Below, piece after piece: positions 1 through 7,184 of a stretch of DNA of 64,000 nucleotides. Where the stretch lies: NCBI GenBank assembly GCA_021825295.1, contig JAKAHV010000006.1, forward strand, positions 18,026-82,025, given 5' to 3'. Under the pieces are notes generated by a model. The model did no database searches and had not been told where the DNA came from. It worked only from the letters and a program-made list of their open reading frames with translations. The DNA comes from Nitrospirota bacterium (GTDB lineage Bacteria; Nitrospirota; Thermodesulfovibrionia; Thermodesulfovibrionales; JdFR-88). Position numbers and translations under genes: made by a program. Within the stretch, counting starts at the first letter, position 1, and every line of letters begins with the position of its first letter.

Positions 1-2491
1 CAAGCCCCTTTATCTCAAGACTGATCTTGCCGTCCTTCTGTTTATTGACCTCAATATCCGGCTCGCCAAATACCATGAAGAGGTTTCCGGCCCCGGTCTT
101 CTTCAGAAGCTCATCCATGCCAAGGTCAGGATTTATCCTGGCCGTTAAAACGGTAAGCTTTCCGTATCTTCTGGCCTCTTCAGATACATGCGGATCAAAA
201 GCAAATCCGCATACAATCAGCAGGTCAAACCCGATACCTTCAACCGCCTCTTTGGCGGCCTCTTTTATCAGCTCCGGGCCTACCGTGCCGTGTTCCGGCC
301 CGATGCAGACGGCAACCCGTTTCGATTTATCTTTTTCAGTATACTCGCCTGTTGCTTGAATCCATGTGCCCGCGAACGGCTCAAGGCGGTCGAATTTCAG
401 GCGCTCGCCTTTTTTGGTATTCTGGACCCCTGCTTTTTTCAGGTTCTCAATAATCATGTTTGCGAACTGGCCGCTTGCGCTCGCCTTGCGCCCCTCGATC
501 TCTGAGGCGGGCAGTTCCTCATCAGCCGCAAGAACACGATGAGGCGAGAGGCTTTCTACCGTGAACGGCCCGGCTACGCGCAACCGTTTTTTGTCCTCAT
601 AAGGCTGATCGTAAAGGATTTCCGTATCGGCGTTTTTCTGTATGGAATCATCAATCTCTTTCTGACGCTCGCGCCGGAGCTTCCAATATTCATTTAAAAG
701 CTTTTTTGCCTTCTCCGGCCACCCTTTATTTTGGGATATAGGGGCATCCCTGGGGATTTCCCATTCTTCCCATTTCTCTTTAAGCTGTTTATTCAGTTCC
801 GCCCGCATGGGCTCAAGCTTTTCCTGCCATTTGGAATGGATTGCGTCTATATCGGGATTATTGGCTATGGATTTAAGCGTAATATGCGGCACCCGCTTGT
901 AGACGAAGCCTTTCTTTATGTCCCCTTCTGTTTTGGGCAGCATATCGGGCGGAAGATGGCCGGAAATTTCGGATTCCTTCTGGATGCCATCAGGCGTGTC
1001 CGAAAGGATGTAATAGGGATATTTGGCGCTCATTATGCGAGTGCGGGCAAGTGCCAGGGCAACCCTGCTTGTGTCTATCGTAATCCAGCGCCGCCCCCAT
1101 TGTTCGGCCACATAGGCTGTGGTCCCGCTGCCGCAAGTAGGGTCAAGGACCAGGTCGCCCGGATCGGTGGTCATTGCAAGACAACGATGAATGACCTTTT
1201 CTATGGTCTGAACGACATAAATTTTCTCGTCTCCAAATCCACCAGTGCGCGTATCATCCCATATATTGTTGATTGCCGCATAGGGAAAATCATCAAAATA
1301 TCTAACAAAGCTCAATGTGTTGCCACTTTTAATTAATCTATTTGCCTTCTCTAATTTTTCCATTCCAGCATAATTTGTTTTCCATCCACCTTTACCAGGA
1401 CTAAACTTATCTGTTTTATATGAATAGGAGAAAACTGTAGTTGCCGAGGCAGTTTGAGAAGTTAAAGGATTATGTCTAAACAGTCGTGCATCTTTTGGAA
1501 GAGTTGTTTTTTTGTTTTTTTCGTCTTCCGTCAAAAGTCTTCTTGAATAGTCTGAAAACTCAATGAATTTAATATTCACATCTTCAGAGAAATCTCGTTC
1601 AAAAAACAGTTGTCGATACTTGGCCCTGTCTTTGTCTTTGAAATACCACAATAAAAAATCAGATGTTGTATCTAAAAATGCGCTACCCTTGCCGGTCGTT
1701 TTCCGTACGACAATCAATGATGAGAAATTCTCACTCCCAAACACTTCATCCAAAATGCACCTTACAAGGTGAACATTCTCATCTCCAATCTGCACAAAAA
1801 CCGAACCTGTCTCGGTCAAAAGCTCCCTCGCCGTTACAAGCCTATCTCTTAAATAAGCCAAATAAGAATGAATCCCCAATTCCCACGTATCCCTGAATGC
1901 CCTTATCTGCTCCGGCTGCCTGGTCAAGTCCTCGGGCTTCCCGTCCTTTACATCCCGCTTGCGCGTGGACACCTGCCAGTTGGAGCCGAATTTGATCCCA
2001 TAAGGCGGGTCTATGTAGATCATCTGAACCTTGCCCTTAAGCCCCTCTTTTTCGGCAAGAGATGTCATGACCTGGAGCGAATCGCCAAGAATGAGACGGT
2101 TGGACCAGTTCTGCTCATGCTTGTAGAAATCAATCAGGTCCTCGAATTTTATCCCGTTAAAGTCCGAATAAAGGGCAAGCTGGTCTTGCGGGTTCTCTTT
2201 TTCAGCATATGCCTTAATGTCTTCAATGATAGCTTGCGGATGGATTTTTTCTTGAATATAGATGGGCACAACGGGCACGGAGAGGTCCTTCATGTCCTGC
2301 TCGTCTTTGCCCTTCCATACAAGCTGGGGGTCAAGGGAAGGGTCTCTCGGATAGAGCATCTTGTTATAGCCCTTCTCGTCCTCGGCCACAAAGCCCCTCA
2401 GTTCCTCGGTAGGAATATTGGCCCGTTTGTCTTTGTGCCTTACGCTTACAATTCTGGCCTTGATGCCGGTCTCTTTCTTTTTTGTCGCCAT
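1..2491 (-). CDS. mod: Type III-like R-M DNA methyltransferase (Mod), beta-class N6A/N4C MTase; 3' end runs off the left edge (>830 aa)
   Basis: Absent from the ORF track because it is truncated. My manual translation from the ATG at 2491 stays open down to position 2 (MATKKKETGIKARIVSVRHKDKRANIPTEEL...). Motif IV 'QMIYIDPPYGIKF' precedes motif I 'LVLDPTCGSGTTAYVAEQWGRRWITID', the permutation typical of Type III Mod. The plus-strand ORFs 27..359, 731..1336 and 1868..2557 are antisense artefacts. Confidence 0.9.
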   Translation of the reverse strand, partial: MATKKKETGIKARIVSVRHKDKRANIPTEELRGFVAEDEKGYNKMLYPRDPSLDPQLVWKGKDEQDMKDLSVPVVPIYIQEKIHPQAIIEDIKAYAEKENPQDQLALYSDFNGIKFEDLIDFYKHEQNWSNRLILGDSLQVMTSLAEKEGLKGKVQMIYIDPPYGIKFGSNWQVSTRKRDVKDGKPEDLTRQPEQIRAFRDTWELGIHSYLAYLRDRLVTARELLTETGSVFVQIGDENVHLVRCILDEVFGSENFSSLIVVRKTTGKGSAFLDTTSDFLLWYFKDKDRAKYRQLFFERDFSEDVNIKFIEFSDYSRRLLTEDEKNKKTTLPKDARLFRHNPLTSQTASATTVFSYSYKTDKFSPGKGGWKTNYAGMEKLEKANRLIKSGNTLSFVRYFDDFPYAAINNIWDDTRTGGFGDEKIYVVQTIEKVIHRCLAMTTDPGDLVLDPTCGSGTTAYVAEQWGRRWITIDTSRVALALARTRIMSAKYPYYILSDTPDGIQKESEISGHLPPDMLPKTEGDIKKGFVYKRVPHITLKSIANNPDIDAIHSKWQEKLEPMRAELNKQLKEKWEEWEIPRDAPISQNKGWPEKAKKLLNEYWKLRRERQKEIDDSIQKNADTEILYDQPYEDKKRLRVAGPFTVESLSPHRVLAADEELPASEIEGRKASASGQFANMIIENLKKAGVQNTKKGERLKFDRLEPFAGTWIQATGEYTEKDKSKRVAVCIGPEHGTVGPELIKEAAKEAVEGIGFDLLIVCGFAFDPHVSEEARRYGKLTVLTARINPDLGMDELLKKTGAGNLFMVFGEPDIEVNKQKDGKISLEIKGL

Positions 2492-2503
2492 CCGCCCGCC
2501 CTG

Positions 2504-2725
2504 TTAATTCGATTTCAGGCTTTCCAGAAGCCTTTCCTTAACACCTATCAAGGTTAATCCCACAACTTCGCCTGTTGCTTCGATATACCGCACGACCGCG
2601 CCTTCACCTATATCGACTCCAAGCGCTTTTTGGGGCTCTCCGATGCTGATATAAAGCACGTCCGCCTCTTCATCGTAATCCCAGTTCAGGTTCTCTTTTT
2701 TTTCGAGTATCTTTATCGCTTCCAA
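2504..2725 (-). CDS. DUF2283-like small protein (putative antitoxin-type partner)
   Basis: The 73-aa ORF carries the 'NWDYDEEADVLYISIG...GEVVGLTLIG' pattern typical of DUF2283. It overlaps the upstream ORF by 13 nt and ends 12 nt before the mod start. Confidence 0.75.
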   Translation of the reverse strand: MEAIKILEKKENLNWDYDEEADVLYISIGEPQKALGVDIGEGAVVRYIEATGEVVGLTLIGVKERLLESLKSN

Positions 2726-3024
2726 ACCGTATTCCTCCTTTCGGAAGGTCTCGTGGTATAATACGCCGCTATTACAAAACCATCCGCATCCATGACCTCT
2801 TTGTATATTGTAACTAAATGTTTCGATGTCAGCGGGGTCTTCTCATAGAACCTGATTGCAAGAAGCTCTCCGAAATCTCCCTGCTGGATCATATCTGGAT
2901 CGGTTACGGTTTCCAACAGCCGTTCCTTCTGGTCGGCCATTTCAGGATGCCTCATGACAATATGCTGCCATCGCTCTTTGGTCAGCCGCAAGGAAACATT
3001 ATTCTTTGATTTAATGATGATCAT
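2713..3024 (-). CDS. 103-aa hypothetical protein with a 'WQHIVMRHPE' block (putative toxin-like partner of DUF2283)
   Basis: I placed the start at the internal ATG (MIIIKSKNN...), which forms an ATGA overlap with the res stop at 3021..3024. The track ORF 2713..3102 extends into res coding sequence. The family is not recognisable by eye. Confidence 0.6.
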   Translation of the reverse strand: MIIIKSKNNVSLRLTKERWQHIVMRHPEMADQKERLLETVTDPDMIQQGDFGELLAIRFYEKTPLTSKHLVTIYKEVMDADGFVIAAYYTTRPSERRNTVWKR

Positions 3025-5990
3025 TGCCCGGAAATCCCGTTCAGAAAAGTCCTGATCGCGTTCTTTGCGTCCCAGGGGTCCTTGATTTCCAGAAATGCCC
3101 ACTTGCCAAACCCGCCATGATTATTGATGGCCGGAATCCACAGGGTCTGTGCGGTAGAGACCTTGATTTCCTTGTCCTTCCGTTTCTGCCCGGACACCTC
3201 AAGGATAAGGTTCAGAATATCCCCACTCTGTTTTACCTTGGCTATAAAGTCCGGGATGTAATTCTTTTCCTCTCCGTTCATCGTATAGGGAATTGCAAAC
3301 CCAAGCCCCTGGTTTTTCACATAGCAGATAACCTCCTCCATGTCTTCAAGAGAGGATGCCATCTTCTGTTCCCATGAGGTCGTATCGGCTACCACATGGG
3401 AAACATGGCATTTATCAGGCTTTGTGGGCCAAACCGGGCGGATGGTATCGAAGTCAACGTACCTGGTAGAGCCTTCCGTATCATAGGGCCGCAGTATCGG
3501 CATAAGGGTCTTCTCGCCTGAAAGTAAGGACACGATGGATTTACAAATCTTGTCAGCCGCATCATAGGCGAATTCCTTGAGAAGCAGGAGTTGCGGAAAG
3601 GTATCGTCCTTGCACTTGAGGCATTTTTTTAACCAGAGATTTGCGATGCCAAAGACCTGAGGGAAAAACCAGCTTTTGAGGTTTCCTTCCTTGTCCTTGA
3701 AATACTGCTCAAGAACGAGTTTTGAAAGAAGAAAGGCTATTTCCTGCTCTCTCCGGCGCTTAAGGTCTGTTAAATCATGGATGCTTATCTCTCCGAATAT
3801 TGGCGCAAGTTCGGTCTTGGTTGGGATATCCTGTGTGCTCAAAGCCATATAGGATTCTTCTGTAAACTTGGCGGAAAGCTTTTCCGATGGCAGTTCATAT
3901 TTATAGCCGGTTACTCGCGGGTAGGTGATCTCGCAGGCTATACGGTCCGCCAAGGCCCTAACCCGTGTAGGAGCAGGGCCGGGCACTATCTCGATAGTGG
4001 AACCGGAACAAGGGATAAACGAGAACGGCACACCATAGACTTCCGCATATTCGGGAGCAAACATACCGTTTTCATCCGCCGCATAGCTCATCCGCCTGAG
4101 CCCCCTGCCTACAACCTGCTCGCATAGTAATTGGGTCCCAAAGGCCCTTATTCCCAAAATATGTGTAACTGTATTTGCGTCCCATCCTTCCGTAAGCATG
4201 GAAACGGAAACAACACATTTCACCTGCTCGCCAAGCTTGCCAGGCTTTCCAACCGTGTTCATGACTTCCCTAAGCAAATCCTCATCGGTCAGTTGTTCTG
4301 CATCTCGCCCTGGAAAGCGCTGTCTGTAATCCGCCTTGAATTCCTCGATCTCCCTAAACGCAATCTGCTTGAAATCCTTGCTCATGGCTTCACCGGACTC
4401 AAGCTGTTCGCTGTCTATAAGGATGGAATTTGGCCGGCTGGTCCATGAGCCGTCCTTTACATTGCTGAAAATGGACAATTCCCCCGGAACAAGAGCGGGT
4501 GAGCCGTCCGGCAGTTCCTTTTGCCATCCGGCAATGTAATCGAAAACCAGCTTTGAGACGTTCGTATTATTGCAGACCACTATGAAGACAGGCGGGGTAA
4601 GCCCTTTTGCCTGGGCCTCTTTGTTGCCTTCCCATAATTTGTAATACTTCTCATAATTCCCATAAAGGCTGTGCAAAGCGCCTTGAAGCTCTTTGGGCAG
4701 CTTGGGTTCCCCTGCATACTTTTCTGTCTTCCGGCCCTTATGGGGCAGATTGCCTTTTATCCTTCCCCATAAATCCCGGTAAGTGGGCTGTTCGCCGGTC
4801 ATGGAATCATCGGCAACCGGGACCCTTGGGACTTTTACGATACCCGATTCAATCGCGTCTATAAGAGAGAAATCGGAAACAACCCAGGGGAACAAAGTGC
4901 CTTCGCTATAACCTGAGCCTCTTAAAAAGAAAGGTGTCGCGGATAGATCATAAACCGCTTTGATGCCTATCTTGGCCTTAACAGCTTCTAACCCTGAAAT
5001 CCAAACCCGCGCCTCTTCTTCCCGCCTCTCGGCCTCTTTCTTTTCCTCTCCGCTGAGGACTTCGCCGTTACTATCAGGCTTGCGCCTATAACAATGGTGC
5101 GCCTCGTCATTGATGACGATTATGTTTTTCTTATTTCCAAGCTCCCGGCAAACCCGGCGGACCATCTGGTCCGGGGTCTCGGTAAAGGCATTCTCTTTGC
5201 CTTTGGACAAGACCTGTTTTGTGATCTTTCCGGCTGATATAAGCTCCCTCTGTTTAAAAGCATGGAAATTGGTTATAAGAATCTTTGCCTTGCCAAGCTC
5301 TTCCAGCAGATCAGAAGGCAAAATATCACGTTGTCTGTAGTAATTCTGAGGATCATTAGGCAAGAGGACCCGGAGCCTGTCCCGGATGGTTATTCCGGGG
5401 GTTACGATCAGGAATGTATCTGAAAACCTCGCGTCCTGAGGGTTGGAGAGCTTGTTAAGCGTATGCCAGGCAATGAGCATGGCCATAACAACCGTCTTGC
5501 CGCTTCCGGTGGCCATCTTGAAGGCAATACGGAAGAGTGCCGGGTTTGCTTCCTCGTTAAATGCTCTGAGTTCGTTTTCAATCCAGGCATCATTAAATTT
5601 CTTGGCTACCTCGGTTATATAAATGGCGGTCTCAAGGGCCTCTACTTGGCAGAAAAAGAGTCCCTTTTCCCGTTCGGGATCAGTCCAATATTCAAGCAGC
5701 CGGGCGGTAGTCTTGGTTATGCCCTGATACCGGCCCTTACGCCATTTGTCCACTTGCGCCCGGACTCGGTTTATGAATTTGTTTTCCTCGATCCTGTCCT
5801 GTGTCCATTCGGTCTCGAAACGGAGTTGCAAGCCCTTCTTTTTGGGCTGGGCAATGGGAATGAAATAGGAGCTTTTCCGGCGCTCCTCGACTATCTCATT
5901 GGTTATGCCTTCTTCAGTGAACCGGAAATGGCGGGCAGGCTCTTTGAAAGGGGAATTCAAGACCGGATTATCGATGACGACCTGTTTCAA
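3021..5990 (-). CDS. res: Type III-like restriction enzyme Res subunit (SF2 helicase plus C-terminal nuclease-like domain)
   Basis: The 989-aa protein has a TTG start after GGGGAGGA. It carries Walker A 'MATGSGKTVVMAM', DEAH box 'VINDEAHHCYR' and helicase C motifs. The C-terminal block is 'YIPDFIAKV...LILEVSGQK...WIPAINNHGGFGKWAF'. Confidence 0.9.
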   Translation of the reverse strand: MKQVVIDNPVLNSPFKEPARHFRFTEEGITNEIVEERRKSSYFIPIAQPKKKGLQLRFETEWTQDRIEENKFINRVRAQVDKWRKGRYQGITKTTARLLEYWTDPEREKGLFFCQVEALETAIYITEVAKKFNDAWIENELRAFNEEANPALFRIAFKMATGSGKTVVMAMLIAWHTLNKLSNPQDARFSDTFLIVTPGITIRDRLRVLLPNDPQNYYRQRDILPSDLLEELGKAKILITNFHAFKQRELISAGKITKQVLSKGKENAFTETPDQMVRRVCRELGNKKNIIVINDEAHHCYRRKPDSNGEVLSGEEKKEAERREEEARVWISGLEAVKAKIGIKAVYDLSATPFFLRGSGYSEGTLFPWVVSDFSLIDAIESGIVKVPRVPVADDSMTGEQPTYRDLWGRIKGNLPHKGRKTEKYAGEPKLPKELQGALHSLYGNYEKYYKLWEGNKEAQAKGLTPPVFIVVCNNTNVSKLVFDYIAGWQKELPDGSPALVPGELSIFSNVKDGSWTSRPNSILIDSEQLESGEAMSKDFKQIAFREIEEFKADYRQRFPGRDAEQLTDEDLLREVMNTVGKPGKLGEQVKCVVSVSMLTEGWDANTVTHILGIRAFGTQLLCEQVVGRGLRRMSYAADENGMFAPEYAEVYGVPFSFIPCSGSTIEIVPGPAPTRVRALADRIACEITYPRVTGYKYELPSEKLSAKFTEESYMALSTQDIPTKTELAPIFGEISIHDLTDLKRRREQEIAFLLSKLVLEQYFKDKEGNLKSWFFPQVFGIANLWLKKCLKCKDDTFPQLLLLKEFAYDAADKICKSIVSLLSGEKTLMPILRPYDTEGSTRYVDFDTIRPVWPTKPDKCHVSHVVADTTSWEQKMASSLEDMEEVICYVKNQGLGFAIPYTMNGEEKNYIPDFIAKVKQSGDILNLILEVSGQKRKDKEIKVSTAQTLWIPAINNHGGFGKWAFLEIKDPWDAKNAIRTFLNGISGQ

Positions 5991-6023
5991 TTCCTCCCCT
6001 TTCCCGTTATCTGAAATGGCTTA

Positions 6024-6053
6024 ATAATAAAGGGTTTGGAAGGGGAAATTCAA
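6024..6053 (-). promoter_or_regulatory. Putative sigma-70 promoter of the res operon (TTGAAT-18-TATTAT)
   Basis: On the minus strand the -35 TTGAAT lies at 6053..6048 and the -10 TATTAT at 6029..6024, about 30 nt upstream of the res TTG start. Confidence 0.4.
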
Positions 6054-6094
6054 TAAATTGATTATTATTTTGAAGTTAAAGAAATTTAGAATTA

Positions 6095-6667
6095 TTATTT
6101 TTCTTTTTTCTGCCGTGGAATAGGTTCCGTTTGGTGCTGGAAAGTATCCTTTTCGCAAGCCCCATAAAGATCGGTTGCTTCCAATGGCGAACTAATACGT
6201 AGTAACATCAATTGAGCAGGCACATCAAGACCTGCACGAAGATCGACTGGAATTTTACCGAAATTGGCCATTTCCAAGGTAATAAAACCATCGAAACCAG
6301 GATCAATCTTAGGTGCTGTCACATGAATCGTTATCCCAATTCTGGCCCAGCTTGAGCGCCCTTCCACTAACCCTACCAGATCATTAGGTATGCAAACCCG
6401 CTCTAAAGTTTGTGCCAAAACAAACTGTCCTGGATTAAGACGGAAAGTTTCCGTGTCGGCATGGCTCCAGAGATCAGCTGAACCCCACAAAGAGGGATCA
6501 ACATGAATTGCCGAAAGGAAACCAGGTTTTTCCTTAAAAGTGGTGAATTTTCTACCAAGCCTGAGATCAATAGAAACTTGAGCTATGCTTTCAAGAGCTA
6601 CTTCAGGATTAATCCGAAGCCTTTTTTCAGAAAGATATCGAATAATATCAGGCTTAGATAGCAACAA
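6095..6667 (-). CDS. dcd: dCTP deaminase family protein (minimal, 190 aa)
   Basis: The protein resembles Dcd along its full length, including 'LVGLVEGRSSWARIGITIHVTAPKIDPGFDGFITLEMANFG' with the catalytic-region Ser/Arg and the ITLE Glu. The coding sequence is AT-rich (40% GC on line 6241). Confidence 0.85.
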   Translation of the reverse strand: MLLSKPDIIRYLSEKRLRINPEVALESIAQVSIDLRLGRKFTTFKEKPGFLSAIHVDPSLWGSADLWSHADTETFRLNPGQFVLAQTLERVCIPNDLVGLVEGRSSWARIGITIHVTAPKIDPGFDGFITLEMANFGKIPVDLRAGLDVPAQLMLLRISSPLEATDLYGACEKDTFQHQTEPIPRQKKEK

Positions 6668-6938
6668 ATCTTTCGGCTCTAGACGCGTTATCTACAAAGG
6701 GCCCTGGTGTCACTGATTGCCCTTGGAACTGAACAGTGATTGTGGAATTGTGAATTTCTATGATTACAGCCAGAATTTTAGTCATACCCTCACTAATCGG
6801 CTGTTGGAGAGCCCAGTCTGGAACAAATCCGAGCCACGAACCAGCGGTGGAATTCACACGCACAAGCCTTTCATCAGCAAAGGGACCTGGTTTAACTTCA
6901 CATGGCAACCATATTTTCTGTCCTTTTACTAAATCCAT
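6654..6938 (-). CDS. 94-aa hypothetical protein, translationally coupled to the dcd-like gene
   Basis: An AAGGAGG SD sits 6 nt upstream of the ATG, and the ORF overlaps dcd by 14 nt. It contains an internal duplication (EVKPGPFADERLVRV / SVTPGPFVDNASRAERF). I recognise no family. Confidence 0.65.
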   Translation of the reverse strand: MDLVKGQKIWLPCEVKPGPFADERLVRVNSTAGSWLGFVPDWALQQPISEGMTKILAVIIEIHNSTITVQFQGQSVTPGPFVDNASRAERFVAI

Positions 6939-6944
6939 GTTTGG

Positions 6945-6967
6945 CCTCCTTTTTGGCTGATATTATA
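6945..6967 (-). promoter_or_regulatory. Perfect -10 (TATAAT) plus SD of the 94-aa/dcd operon
   Basis: On the minus strand TATAAT lies at 6967..6962 and AAGGAGG at 6951..6945. The -35 is weak (TTATTT). The surrounding line is only 18% GC (line 6961). Confidence 0.45.
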
Positions 6968-7184
6968 TTTAAATGCGGAAGATAAAATAAATAAAAAAGA
7001 TAAAAGTATGCATAAGCAAAATAAATGCCAAAAATATTCAATATATATTTATATTTTCTCTCAAAATTATAGATAGTCCAGAGTAGTTTTAGAGGCTGGC
7101 TTCTTTTTCTGGTCGTCAGTCCGTTGTAGAAAAGGTCTGGAAATTATGATGTGGCTGCCAAAGGCAGAATGGCACATCAGGAAA

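Noticed and set aside
2492-2506. The DUF2283-like ORF and mod are in the same frame, separated only by TAA plus four codons. This could allow a readthrough fusion.
   Set aside because: Sharing a frame has a 1-in-3 chance. There is no readthrough context or slippery signal, and mod has its own conserved N-terminus starting at the ATG.
27-2557. Plus-strand ORFs 27..359, 188..505, 731..1336, 1563..1896 and 1868..2557 at the left edge.
   Set aside because: The minus strand carries one continuous methyltransferase reading frame across this whole region, with the DPPY and FxGxG motifs. The plus-strand ORFs have no recognisable features.
6095-6667. The possibility that the dcd-like gene is simply the housekeeping dCTP deaminase.
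   Set aside because: I have not fully rejected this. Its size and motifs are those of a normal Dcd. I rank it below the defence or accessory interpretation because of the foreign composition, the coupled orphan partner and the position inside an R-M island. It needs the whole-genome check described in the finding.
6717-6960. Plus-strand ORFs 6717..6932 and 6760..6960, antisense to the 94-aa gene.
   Set aside because: They have no SD or promoter. The minus-strand ORF has a perfect SD and -10 and is coupled to dcd.
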